A stretch of DNA of 39,203 nucleotides from a virus, in the IMG/VR virus record IMGVR_UViG_3300032200_000007. One strand, written 5' to 3'. Position 1 is the first letter of the stretch. Each line of letters opens with the position of its first letter. The notes beneath the pieces were generated by a model. It had not been told where the DNA came from. It saw only the letters and a list, made by a program, of their open reading frames with translations, and ran no database searches. Shown piece by piece: positions 15,501-24,986 of the stretch. Made by a program: the position numbers and the translations under genes.

Positions 15501-16420
15501 ACTACTTCATCACCGGCGGTACCGGCACAATCGGCCGCGAAATCGTAAGTCTTCTTTTAGGCGATACGAAAATGTGCGCTGAAAAGATTGTCGTATATTC
15601 CCGCGACGAACAGAAGCACGCCGAAATGATGAATCTGTTTCCGGAAGGCGGTGAATCCGGATTGCGTTACATTGTCGGCGATATATGCGATTACAGCCGA
15701 CTGCTCTACGCCATGGATAAAGCTGGTGTAGTTATCCACACCGCGGCAATGAAGCATATAGACAAGTGCGAATATAACCCCACCGAAAGCGTAAGGATAA
15801 ACGTCATCGGATCAATGAACGTTGCAAAAGCCTGCAGGGAAACCGGGGTTCAACAGGCGGTAATTATTTCGACCGACAAGGCATGTAATCCGATAAGTGC
15901 ATACGGGGCGCAAAAATATGCGGCTGAACGGCTATGGATCGGGATGAACAATCTTTCCTCAAAAACGATGTTTAACGTCGTTCGTTACGGGAACGTGCTC
16001 GGTTCAAGAGGATCGTTCATCTACCACTGGCAAAATCTTCTTAAAGAAAAAAAACCGATTCAGATAACTGACGAAAATATGACGCGCTTTTTCTGGACGG
16101 TTCATGAGGCCGGAAAATTCATACTGTCAAGAATCACAGACGGATTTCAGAATAGGGATCGCGGCCTTGTTTATATTCCAAAAATGGGAAAATGCAAAAT
16201 CATCGATATGGCAAAATCGTTGTCTGAAAATATTGAAATCGTCGGGATGCGCTGCCCGGAGAAAATACATGAAGAGATGATTTCAATTACAGAAGGAGCA
16301 AGCGCTTACGATTGCGGAGACCATTATATAATTTACCCTTTGATGCATGACTGGTGCAGAAGTATTATTCCACGCGGTTGTAAATGTCCTGAAGGATTCC
16401 GACTTACCTCTGAAGTATAG
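15497..16420 (+). CDS. PseB/FlaA1/CapD-family UDP-sugar 4,6-dehydratase
   Basis: GTG 15497 follows AGGAGG (15486..15491) and forms a GTGA overlap with the GNAT stop. Motifs: FITGGTGTIG, YSRDEQKHAEM, VIHTAAMKHIDKCEYNP, STDKACNPISAYGAQKYAAE. Confidence 0.8.
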   Translation: MNYFITGGTGTIGREIVSLLLGDTKMCAEKIVVYSRDEQKHAEMMNLFPEGGESGLRYIVGDICDYSRLLYAMDKAGVVIHTAAMKHIDKCEYNPTESVRINVIGSMNVAKACRETGVQQAVIISTDKACNPISAYGAQKYAAERLWIGMNNLSSKTMFNVVRYGNVLGSRGSFIYHWQNLLKEKKPIQITDENMTRFFWTVHEAGKFILSRITDGFQNRDRGLVYIPKMGKCKIIDMAKSLSENIEIVGMRCPEKIHEEMISITEGASAYDCGDHYIIYPLMHDWCRSIIPRGCKCPEGFRLTSEV

Positions 16421-16475
16421 GCGGATTCCGGGTCTCGTGGTTGCCCGGCAGCCCGCCGTTCGGAGGAGGAACAAA

Positions 16476-16505
16476 CAGCCGGGCGGCAACCCGGCTGGTT
16501 TTTTT
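16476..16505 (+). terminator. Rho-independent terminator at the convergence point of the two arms
   Basis: cagccggg-cggcaa-cccggctg followed by gttttttt. The reverse orientation is followed by tttgtt, so it may be weakly bidirectional. Confidence 0.75.
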
Positions 16506-17089
16506 CATTGTAAAGTATAAATCACTGTTTGGTTGCAATTACTTCCCTTAGATGAATCAGCGCCCCATACTTGAGTTGTTCCTTCGGAAAAAATCAATTG
16601 AGAAGTATATGTTGATGTAAAATAGGCTACAGCATTAGTTGTGACCGTTCCGCTCGAATACCACCTTGTCGGGTTTATTATTGCATTCAATATAATTCCC
16701 CCTGATGCTCCAGAGGCGACAGTTGGTTGAATTGCAGATGGAAGTCCGTTTAATGACATACACGGAATACCATCAGAATTAGCAAGGAATTCAGGAACAA
16801 ACAAAGTTACAGTATTGTAAACTTTTTCATATTTTACCGTTATTGATGTATCTCCCGAACTGGTTCCTGAAACAGTTGCCGTAAACGATCCGGTCAAATA
16901 TCCTGTATCGGCTATGATATGGCTTGCCAAGGTAACTCCAGAAACCTTCAGGCTCCCGCACCCAAGGTCTGAACTGCTTCCGCTGTTTATCGATCCGATA
17001 ATATCAGTGAAATTCTGGTTCACCTCGTCGGCGTCGATATAATTACCGGCACCGTTTACAAAAGTATAAGTTACTGATGGATCAGCCAT
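16505..17089 (-). CDS. Tail fibre-like protein (194 aa)
   Basis: The N-terminus TYTFVNGAGNYIDADEVNQNFTDI resembles phage fibre N-termini. The rest is Ser/Thr/Gly-rich. It is the last gene in a T7-like structural order. Confidence 0.55.
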   Translation of the reverse strand: MADPSVTYTFVNGAGNYIDADEVNQNFTDIIGSINSGSSSDLGCGSLKVSGVTLASHIIADTGYLTGSFTATVSGTSSGDTSITVKYEKVYNTVTLFVPEFLANSDGIPCMSLNGLPSAIQPTVASGASGGIILNAIINPTRWYSSGTVTTNAVAYFTSTYTSQLIFSEGTTQVWGADSSKGSNCNQTVIYTLQ

Positions 17090-17098
17090 AAAAAGCTC

Positions 17099-18571
17099 CT
17101 ATCTGTTGTATACCGCCCTGCTGATGTCGGCAGGCGCGGCGGTCGTCATCGTTGAAAATACGTCCTCAAGGCCCGGTTTCTTTAGCGTTTTCCCGACGCC
17201 ATAAAGCCCTTTCGCTACAGTAGGGCTTTTGGTTGCAACATTTAAACCTGCCATTGCGGCCGGAAGAAGATTCCCGTGCATTGCGCTTGACGCTACAGCA
17301 AGGCCGCCGATATAATCATCAAGCGAAATAGGGTTTTTCCGATTGGCGGTTAAAACTTGTTTCGACGCGGCGCGTTCCATCGGGATCATCTCGGATAACT
17401 GCCGGTTTAATTCTGCGATTTCAGGGCCGCCCTTGTTCTGCAATTCAACTTTTAGCTCATCGTAAAGCGTATTGTAAAAAGCAGCTTTGTTCGTCGCGTC
17501 CTGATTCGCTGTGAGTTTTCCGTTGAAAGACAGCCAGTCGCCGTGCTTTCCTACTTCCTGCTTGAGCAGTTGCGCTTCAGCAAGATCGATATTGTTTGCG
17601 ACGGCCGGAGCATGCTTGAAATCAATATTGTAAGTCGTTCCAAGTTCGTCGGTAACATTATCGGCTATGTTGGCAATGGCATTTTTATTTATCCGCGTTC
17701 CCTCCATGGCTCTTTTTTTCGCCCGTGCGAGTACGTGAGCAATGTTTATTCTAGTTGACGGATCAGACCTATCGAATTCAACGGATTTTATTTTCTGTTT
17801 CAATTGTGACGCGGTGTCAGATATTTTACCTTTCCACTGCTGCGCAACCTGTTGAGCATTCCCAAATACCCCGTATTTGGTATACATTTTATTTGATGCG
17901 CCTTTTTTGAATTCAGGAGAAAGAATTTTCACCTTCGTTCCTTGAATACGTCCGGCGGTCCCCTGAATCGATTTCCCGACAGCAGGAGCGGCTTTCCCTG
18001 CCTTCATTCCTAAAAGCGTTGAAAGATCGATCGCTGATGAATAATTCGCACGCTCCGCTTCCGGAAGAGATTCCCACCATTTTGAAAGATCGGCAATCGA
18101 ACCGGCGAACGGTTTTGAAAGCATCGAGGCTATTTTTGACAGATCGACTTTTCCGCCGGTGATATTTTTAACAGCCTTTCCGCCGAGTTCCTGGGCAACG
18201 GTAAGCGGTTCCCCGACAACGGTTCCGGCAACCGCCCCGGCAGTGCGCCCGATACGTTCCGGCGTCCCGGCAACCGCTTCAACAGCCTGCGCAGGCAGTC
18301 CGGTGGCACCCGTTTTTTCTACGGCTGCCGCTCCCAGGGCAGTAGGTTTCATGATGTTCTGGAACCTTGCGCCGGTGCGAGCGGCGGCCCCGGTGACCGC
18401 TTCAGGGATGTCCTTGGTCCAGTATCCGGCTACCTGCTGCGGCCATGATCGCCGTGACTCCTGTGGTGCCGTGATTTCCCTCTGAACAGGTTCGGCTGCG
18501 TATTTCGCCCACGGCCCTGGCGGCTGTTCTTCTGGCTGCGCTGGAGCGGCGTATTTTTCCCACGGTTTCAT
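17099..18571 (-). CDS. Internal virion / ejection-type protein (490 aa)
   Basis: ORF track. Ala/Gly/Lys-rich. Positioned between the nozzle-like gene and the fibre, as T7 gp14-16 are. Confidence 0.4.
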   Translation of the reverse strand: MKPWEKYAAPAQPEEQPPGPWAKYAAEPVQREITAPQESRRSWPQQVAGYWTKDIPEAVTGAAARTGARFQNIMKPTALGAAAVEKTGATGLPAQAVEAVAGTPERIGRTAGAVAGTVVGEPLTVAQELGGKAVKNITGGKVDLSKIASMLSKPFAGSIADLSKWWESLPEAERANYSSAIDLSTLLGMKAGKAAPAVGKSIQGTAGRIQGTKVKILSPEFKKGASNKMYTKYGVFGNAQQVAQQWKGKISDTASQLKQKIKSVEFDRSDPSTRINIAHVLARAKKRAMEGTRINKNAIANIADNVTDELGTTYNIDFKHAPAVANNIDLAEAQLLKQEVGKHGDWLSFNGKLTANQDATNKAAFYNTLYDELKVELQNKGGPEIAELNRQLSEMIPMERAASKQVLTANRKNPISLDDYIGGLAVASSAMHGNLLPAAMAGLNVATKSPTVAKGLYGVGKTLKKPGLEDVFSTMTTAAPADISRAVYNR

Positions 18572-19629
18572 TGCACCATCTCCCAGTTCTCCGGTTTTGC
18601 TGGATCGCCGCCACGGAATCGGTATCCGCCCTCAACGGTTCCCGGCTGCGGGCCTGATGTCTTTTGGGCTGGAACTGATGCGGATGGCTTTGTTTGGCCT
18701 TGGCCTGGTGCTTCTGGCGTAGCGCTCTGCATGATCTCTTTTATCCGGTTGAGTTCTTTCCGGAAATCCTTTTCACCGAGTCCCATGTCGAGCATCGATA
18801 CTGCGCGCTCCAGCATTTTTGATTCGTAATCTGATATCTGCCCCTGTCCCTTCATCATCTGACGTTGATCAAGGGCAAGACGGCCTTTCAGATTCTCAAC
18901 TTTTTTCAGGAATGAAAATTCAGGACTGCCCGGTATTTTTTGAGCTACCCTTTTCGGGTTCAACCCGGTGCTGAATCCGGGATCGTTTTCAATTTCAGTA
19001 ATAATGTCAACGATTTCCTGCTTATTCGTTGCCGTTTTTTCTCTTTTTTCACCGGTTCGTTGTGCTTCAATATCTTTTTTCGTACCAGCGTTGAGAAGTG
19101 CAATGAATTCCATCAATTCATTCCGTTCGTTTGCAATCTCTTCACGCGATTTGATATTCTGGCCGGCAACCACCTCACGGGAAGAAAGCGTTTCAAGAAG
19201 CCGTTCAAGCCCCGCCTCTGTCGATTGCGTTGCCTTTGCTCCGGCGCCCTTCTTCATTGCCCGCTGCACAGCAGACAGCCCTGGCTCCGCCTCAACCGCT
19301 GTCTCCCACTCACCGGCAAGGCGCTCTCCTCGCTCACGCTCCCCACGGGCACCAGCAAGCTGCTCGCCGTAGAGTTCAGTCTGTGATTTTTTCAGCGCCC
19401 GCTCAATTGCCTCGTTCTGCCGGGCGTTTTCTTCGGCAAGAAACTGCCGCCGCCGGTCCTCCTGCTGCTGGAAAACCTGTTCCGCGCCCATGGCGGTCGA
19501 TCCAGGGCTTTTCCCTTGTGTGGCAATTGATTCTATCACCCCGAGGGCCGGAAGCACATACCGCCTGAATGCCTCGAATGTTCGGCGGTCCTTCAACTCT
19601 ACATCAGGACCATACAAATTTTCAGCCAT
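18568..19629 (-). CDS. Internal virion protein, coiled-coil-rich (353 aa)
   Basis: ORF track; charged E/R/K/Q-rich sequence; ATGA coupling. Confidence 0.4.
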   Translation of the reverse strand: MAENLYGPDVELKDRRTFEAFRRYVLPALGVIESIATQGKSPGSTAMGAEQVFQQQEDRRRQFLAEENARQNEAIERALKKSQTELYGEQLAGARGERERGERLAGEWETAVEAEPGLSAVQRAMKKGAGAKATQSTEAGLERLLETLSSREVVAGQNIKSREEIANERNELMEFIALLNAGTKKDIEAQRTGEKREKTATNKQEIVDIITEIENDPGFSTGLNPKRVAQKIPGSPEFSFLKKVENLKGRLALDQRQMMKGQGQISDYESKMLERAVSMLDMGLGEKDFRKELNRIKEIMQSATPEAPGQGQTKPSASVPAQKTSGPQPGTVEGGYRFRGGDPAKPENWEMVQ

Positions 19630-19637
19630 TATCTACC

Positions 19638-20012
19638 TCACAATGCCTCATAAGGGTATTTTGCCTGCGGACGTATCCCGCCCGCCCCGGACGTTGGATA
19701 CATGCGTTTCGACCAGTCATACGCCCCGGCCTGCATTCCTACCTGACCGACTCCGGCAAGAGCGTCCGACCACGCCGTAGACGGCGGCTTCGGCATAGGA
19801 ACGCGACCGGACATATACGGCTCGTTCGTTACCCCGAGAGACCGCGCCATGGCCTGCCGCATGGCAAGGCGGTCCTGTTTTTCCTGCTGTTCTTCCGCCG
19901 CCTCTTCAGCACGCTCCTGAGATTTCCTTTTACTCGCCGCGCTCGCCCCGCCGCCTATCAGGCTGGCAAGAGCGGAAATCAACATTATTCCCTCACCAAT
20001 ACCAAAAGCCAT
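19638..20012 (-). CDS. Small virion-module protein with an N-terminal hydrophobic segment
   Basis: ORF track; MAFGIGEGIMLISALASLIGGGASAA. Confidence 0.4.
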   Translation of the reverse strand: MAFGIGEGIMLISALASLIGGGASAASKRKSQERAEEAAEEQQEKQDRLAMRQAMARSLGVTNEPYMSGRVPMPKPPSTAWSDALAGVGQVGMQAGAYDWSKRMYPTSGAGGIRPQAKYPYEAL

Positions 20013-20013
20013 A

Positions 20014-21078
20014 TCAACCCCCTACCTGGCCGTACAACTCGCCAGGATTTATAAGCGATTCGAATTCTTTCCAAATTGAAGTAATATCATCTTTCAGTTC
20101 CGGAGCTTCAGCCAGTGTCAAAACAAGCTGGTTCCTGAGCGTAGTCTGATCAATAATGTATTTCTGGTAATCCTCATATGCCCGTCCGGTTTTCCCCATT
20201 TCATAGGCATCTTTTTCAATCGACGACAAATCAGAGGTATCAACCGGCGTATTACTCTGCCCGAGCTGATACAGGTAGTCCGTACGGTTTTTTAAAGCCG
20301 CCTGCTGTGTTTCCAGCACGTCAGACAGCTCCATCCTGCCACGAAGCAGGATATCCTCGTATCCGAGCATCTCGGTGCGCCATTCACGATCTAAAGCGGT
20401 TTCAACGGAGGCCGCATTGCGGGCGATAGTATTCTGCCGCTCCTGCCACGCCCGCTCCCGCTCCGCCTCCGAAAACCCGGATTCTGTTGCCCAGTAATCG
20501 AAATCAAGTTTGGATACGAATTCTGTTGCGGCATTATCGATTTCCTGTTGTCGCTGTTCAAGTCCTGCCCAGGCGATCTCCCGCTCTTTTTCTGCCTGCT
20601 GTGCAGTAAATTCACGGCCACGGCCAGCTTCTTCAGACTGCCAGCCACGGGCGGCCCCCGCCTCACCAGTCTGCCATTCCCGGCCCAGGCGGGCTTCGTT
20701 GGCTGCCCTGGCGGCCGCAGCTTCAGATTCCCCGGTCTGCCAGCCACGGGCCGCCCGTGCCTCTTCTGACGCCGCAGATTGAGCGCCTACACGCTCACCG
20801 GTCTGCCACTCCCGAGCCCGGGCCGCTTCAGTAGAGCGTTCTCCGGCTGCGAGCTGTTCGATATCTACCCCCTGCAGGCGTCCACGCTCCCCCGCCATGG
20901 CTTCCTCTTCGGCTTTCCGCTGTTGAGATTCGGCATAGCCGGTGCCTGCGGTGAACCCTCGAGACGCAAGACGGCGCTGCATGGCTTCCTGTTCAGCTTT
21001 CCGCCGTTTAGTTTCTTCGTCGCGTATTGCCTGCCGCCGGACGTCATATTGATTCTGCTGTGTCGCCATGAGAGCCAT
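20014..21078 (-). CDS. Virion-module protein with four WQ(T/S)(G/E)E repeats
   Basis: ORF track; REWQTGE, RGWQTGE, REWQTGE and RGWQSEE within residues 88..150. Confidence 0.4.
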   Translation of the reverse strand: MALMATQQNQYDVRRQAIRDEETKRRKAEQEAMQRRLASRGFTAGTGYAESQQRKAEEEAMAGERGRLQGVDIEQLAAGERSTEAARAREWQTGERVGAQSAASEEARAARGWQTGESEAAAARAANEARLGREWQTGEAGAARGWQSEEAGRGREFTAQQAEKEREIAWAGLEQRQQEIDNAATEFVSKLDFDYWATESGFSEAERERAWQERQNTIARNAASVETALDREWRTEMLGYEDILLRGRMELSDVLETQQAALKNRTDYLYQLGQSNTPVDTSDLSSIEKDAYEMGKTGRAYEDYQKYIIDQTTLRNQLVLTLAEAPELKDDITSIWKEFESLINPGELYGQVGG

Positions 21079-21079
21079 T

Positions 21080-21550
21080 TTAAATCCTTCCTAAAATTTG
21101 AGACGGCATTGAAGCCCCGCGCATGTTCCGGCGCTCTATAGCCCTTTCCCATAACGCCCTCCGGGAGTCCGGAGCTGGCGGTGTCATGGTATTGTATTGA
21201 TAATCAGGCACCGATGCGACATTCGTTCTCGAAGCCGCGTCGAGTACACGTTTTAACGCCTCAATCGATCTTGTTCTGTCGGTTCCCGGAACCTGTCCAG
21301 GGGCCGCTCCGGCCGCTGAAAACGGTTGGACTGAAACAGGAGAAGGAATTCTATACGTCGGTTTCGAAACCGGTTTTATTTCCGCCACCTTTCTTCCCTG
21401 TTCGCTTTTTATCGCTTCAGTTTTCGGTATTTCAACCCATTCCTCGGTAGTATACGGTTCTCCGCCTTCCCCTTGTCCTTGCCCGATAGATGTAATCTGA
21501 TATTTATAATATTTGTCACCAATTTTTTTTACATCATCCTGTTTAGGCAT
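21080..21550 (-). CDS. Hypothetical virion-module protein (156 aa)
   Basis: ORF track. Confidence 0.4.
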   Translation of the reverse strand: MPKQDDVKKIGDKYYKYQITSIGQGQGEGGEPYTTEEWVEIPKTEAIKSEQGRKVAEIKPVSKPTYRIPSPVSVQPFSAAGAAPGQVPGTDRTRSIEALKRVLDAASRTNVASVPDYQYNTMTPPAPDSRRALWERAIERRNMRGASMPSQILGRI

Positions 21551-21551
21551 A

Positions 21552-23366
21552 TTAACGAGCCTCCCGTAAAGAATAACGAATTGTCATATTATATACCTTG
21601 AAATATTCTCCTACTCCATTGGTGCGGAATCTCACTTGTATAGACTTCGCAACTATATGAATCGGTATCTTATACATTTTCTGCGTTCTCGACGCTCCCC
21701 ATACATCGATCCCCCATTCGGCGTCTCCCCACACCGCGCCACCCGGATCAAGGTCGAGCGTGGTAGTCCCATCGACAGAGGTTGCGAAATCGCTTTTCCA
21801 TTCAACCGTAAGATACCAGTCGCCGCTTGTTTCTGCGGTTACGTAGATATACCGGAAAACCTTTGTATTCTCTTTGTGTTCATCCCGGCCGTGCAGGTGC
21901 ATGGTTTTGAAATAGCTGTCAATTGCGCTGCCGTTATCGTTATGGGAATAATTCAACTTGTAAACATAACCCGAATAATCGGCACCGTAAAGATTGCCCT
22001 CATGTTCTGCAAAATCTTTTATCGCAAGCCCTGTAAACTTCGACCACGCGCCGCGTCCTATTTCTTTTCTTCCGCGCACGAAATCATACTGGTAAATCCG
22101 GTTATTCGTCGTTCCTGACGCGGTAACAGAAATCCACACCTTGTTCTTATACGTTACCGCAACAGCAAGCGAAAGATAAGCGGTAATAAGGTCGTCGATA
22201 TCGGGCCCGATAGGATAAGATATTGCATCGGAATCAACCTTTCCGATATTGACATTTGAAAGATCGTAAATCCCGTTCCTGTTGAGCATTATGATAAACG
22301 TGGCGAACCTGCACATTACTTTTGGGCTGATCGATCCATAGGCAACGTCGAGACGCTCAAGAGACCAGTTATCGGGATCGGAATCGGGCATGTAGAGCAC
22401 GTATACCGCGCCGACCCCGTATCCGTCCTCTTTCGCTATGATAAGGCCGTTGTTGTAAACAGCCAGCCCCCGGATAGTCATTCCGTCGCCGTCTCCGACG
22501 CGGATATAATTATCCGAATCCCATTCTTCGAGGTCGTTTATTTCCGAATAATAAAGGTTTGTTGAAAGCGCTTCCGCGCCGAACATATAGCCGTCGTGAT
22601 ACAGGAAAATATTGATATTCGGCGGCCTGCTGTCGTCAATTGTCGTGTCCCTGGCTTCGGTAAGCGTAGAATGCACGTCCTGTACATACGATGTTCCTGC
22701 GGTTACGGTTTCGAGCAGGTAATCGTCGCGGTAAACAGACAGATAATTTACACCGTAAGAAGAAGGTATTGCGTCGAAATAAACGTTCACGGGAGAACAG
22801 GTATTCGTTATCGTGAACGTTTTCACCGCACATGCCGGAGATTCTATATTCGTTGAATTTATAAACGATACACGGTAAGCGTAATCAACTACGCCGGCCG
22901 AACCGGCAAGCGTAGAGTCCGCCGATGCGATACTGGTAATAAATGCCGTGGTGAGCGTCGGGACTCCCCACCTGGTGAAATCGGCTCCATTGTATTTATA
23001 TTCTGCCGTTCCGTTTCCGAAAAACACATAGTTCTGCGCGTTTTCAGCGTGAACGCGCACCCCGGCAGTAAACAATCCGGTAGACCCGGTTACTTCTCCG
23101 AAAGACGTCCCTGACAGTTTGAAAATCGATCCGTATGCAGCCAGCAGTTCAGAACCTGAATTCGATCGATAGGTATGAAGCAGATCGACGGCTCCGGCAA
23201 CAGGAGCGGTATTTATTTTCGTTGTTCCAAGGCGGGTCCCGACAGCTCCCACATCGTCGAATTCAACATTTTGGCAATCCGGCGATTCGTTAGGCTCTCC
23301 CTGCAAAGACGATATCTTTGTGTTCAATCCGCCATCGAATTTATTTATCTTGAATGAATATTTCAT
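21552..23366 (-). CDS. Tail tubular B / nozzle-like protein (604 aa)
   Basis: The N-terminus FKINKFDGGLNTK...ESPDCQNVEFDDVGAVGTRLG resembles podovirus tail tubular proteins. Size and position match T7 gp12. Confidence 0.45.
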   Translation of the reverse strand: MKYSFKINKFDGGLNTKISSLQGEPNESPDCQNVEFDDVGAVGTRLGTTKINTAPVAGAVDLLHTYRSNSGSELLAAYGSIFKLSGTSFGEVTGSTGLFTAGVRVHAENAQNYVFFGNGTAEYKYNGADFTRWGVPTLTTAFITSIASADSTLAGSAGVVDYAYRVSFINSTNIESPACAVKTFTITNTCSPVNVYFDAIPSSYGVNYLSVYRDDYLLETVTAGTSYVQDVHSTLTEARDTTIDDSRPPNINIFLYHDGYMFGAEALSTNLYYSEINDLEEWDSDNYIRVGDGDGMTIRGLAVYNNGLIIAKEDGYGVGAVYVLYMPDSDPDNWSLERLDVAYGSISPKVMCRFATFIIMLNRNGIYDLSNVNIGKVDSDAISYPIGPDIDDLITAYLSLAVAVTYKNKVWISVTASGTTNNRIYQYDFVRGRKEIGRGAWSKFTGLAIKDFAEHEGNLYGADYSGYVYKLNYSHNDNGSAIDSYFKTMHLHGRDEHKENTKVFRYIYVTAETSGDWYLTVEWKSDFATSVDGTTTLDLDPGGAVWGDAEWGIDVWGASRTQKMYKIPIHIVAKSIQVRFRTNGVGEYFKVYNMTIRYSLREAR

Positions 23367-24013
23367 TCGTTTACAATCGCCTCGTTTATTATCACCGACG
23401 GATAAACGTCATGATGCTTCTTTTGCAGACGCTCATTATTGATATTTTCAATATTTTCATCCCATTGTTCTTTGTACGCTGCGGCTTCGGAGCGCAATTC
23501 CTGATCCTTCATGAACATTCTGTAAAGCGCATAATCCGCTATGTATTCGGCATATTCGGAAGGAATTGAAAAGGCCGTCGATGCCGTCGTAATAGTCGCC
23601 GGAACCGCGTTGAAATACACGCTTATCGTTTTCGCAGCGTCGGGAGTGGGTGAGAACCCAAGTTCGTCTCCATACCGGTAATAATGCGTCGGGTTCCCGT
23701 AAAGGGTGACCCCTCCGTAAGCCTTACCCTCAATGTCATCCAGCCCGTTTATATCCATGCCGCTCAACCGGTATGAATCATAGGTCAATCTCGTGATCGT
23801 TCCGACAGTAGAACACAGATTCGACGCGATAGAATACGTTTTCGTGTTCGTCGTAGACGTGAAAGAACTGTTTTTCTCGACCATGCCGAGACGCTGCGCA
23901 AGGATTTTCTCGCCGGTTGAAATCAGGGAATAAATCTCATCTTCTCCCCAAAATTCGGTTGAATCCTCTGCGCACTGGTTTCTTATTATAGTGTAAAGTT
24001 CCGAAGGGGTCAT
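23363..24013 (-). CDS. Tail tubular A / adaptor-like protein (216 aa)
   Basis: Its position immediately upstream of the nozzle-like gene and its size are comparable to T7 gp11. Confidence 0.4.
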   Translation of the reverse strand: MTPSELYTIIRNQCAEDSTEFWGEDEIYSLISTGEKILAQRLGMVEKNSSFTSTTNTKTYSIASNLCSTVGTITRLTYDSYRLSGMDINGLDDIEGKAYGGVTLYGNPTHYYRYGDELGFSPTPDAAKTISVYFNAVPATITTASTAFSIPSEYAEYIADYALYRMFMKDQELRSEAAAYKEQWDENIENINNERLQKKHHDVYPSVIINEAIVNE

Positions 24014-24016
24014 TTT

Positions 24017-24388
24017 TTATGCCGCCTTTTTTTTGATGTTTCCATTCTTATCCATCTCGACATTTTTGTCCGCGACAGACTTCAGGTATCTCTGCAATTC
24101 CTCGTCGGTATCGAATTCTTTACCGTCGAGATTGCAGACGGCCTTCCGGACTTCCGGCGCTTCTCCGTCTATCGCCTGCATCCTCAACCGTTTTTCCTGC
24201 GGCCTGTTCGGGTCAACATGCTCGTTTTCATCGATAAAGCCAGGAGCAGACATCTGGCTCAAAAACTGAACAGCAGCGTGTCTCTCCATTTTGATTTTTT
24301 CCTTCGGTTTTATCGTGATGGTATTCCCTTGAAACCGTTCGGTATATACCGTATCGCCGTCATTGATCACATATACGTGTTGTGCCAT
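24017..24388 (-). CDS. Hypothetical protein (123 aa)
   Basis: ORF track. Confidence 0.5.
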   Translation of the reverse strand: MAQHVYVINDGDTVYTERFQGNTITIKPKEKIKMERHAAVQFLSQMSAPGFIDENEHVDPNRPQEKRLRMQAIDGEAPEVRKAVCNLDGKEFDTDEELQRYLKSVADKNVEMDKNGNIKKKAA

Positions 24389-24406
24389 TTGTTCCTCTCC
24401 GTTTCC

Positions 24407-24586
24407 TTATTTATCGCTCAATGACTTGTTGGTGAGCGCCCTGTTGACGATGTTCAGCAGCGCAAGCGCCGCAATGGCATATTCTTCCGGTACGACACCC
24501 TTCATTGCGGTAACAACGGCGACCGCACCGCCGACAACGTTCAGCCAGAACGTTTTTGACTTCAGATAACCTTTTAGAGCATTCAT
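24407..24586 (-). CDS. Holin-like small membrane protein (59 aa)
   Basis: Met30 of track ORF 24407..24673, behind AAGGAGGAG. Product: MNALKGYLKSKTFWLNVVGGAVAVVTAMKGVVPEEYAIAALALLNIVNRALT, with two hydrophobic segments. Confidence 0.4.
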   Translation of the reverse strand: MNALKGYLKSKTFWLNVVGGAVAVVTAMKGVVPEEYAIAALALLNIVNRALTNKSLSDK

Positions 24587-24603
24587 TCGCTCCTCCTTTG
24601 TTG

Positions 24604-24975
24604 TTATATGTAAACATGCACTACCGCAAGGTGTCCCGCGGCGGTCGCCGTGGCGTTCGTTCCGGTAATGCACACCTTTATATATTTCGGGAGATACCCG
24701 GCTTCAGGACCGAAAACAACGATATTATTTCCGGCTCCTGATGGCGTTCCGAGAAGATTGTACCCTGACGCTGCTGAATACCTGTGGATTTCCCTGAATG
24801 TTCCGTCAGAAGTCTCTGCGCCTTTCAAATAGGTTGACGCCGCCGCTGTATTAAGTCCGGCTGCATAGGTTGGGATTTCAATTCCGATCCTGTCAAATCC
24901 CTGAATGCAGATTGCAGAGCTTTCCTGGCTGCCGCTTGCGATCGTCGCCGCTATCGTGTTGAAATAATTCGCCAT
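24604..24975 (-). CDS. Hypothetical Ala/Gly/Thr-rich protein (123 aa)
   Basis: Met6 of the track ORF, behind GGAGGTG. Confidence 0.5.
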   Translation of the reverse strand: MANYFNTIAATIASGSQESSAICIQGFDRIGIEIPTYAAGLNTAAASTYLKGAETSDGTFREIHRYSAASGYNLLGTPSGAGNNIVVFGPEAGYLPKYIKVCITGTNATATAAGHLAVVHVYI

Positions 24976-24986
24976 AAACACCTCCA

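Noticed and set aside
18159-21152. Several 70-160-aa + strand ORFs, and alternative-frame - strand ORFs, across 18.1-21.2 kb
   Set aside because: This is the most GC-rich part of the genome, where long stop-free antisense or off-frame ORFs arise by chance. The products are Pro/Arg/Ser-rich and lack SD sequences. The - strand genes in the main frame form a tightly coupled series.
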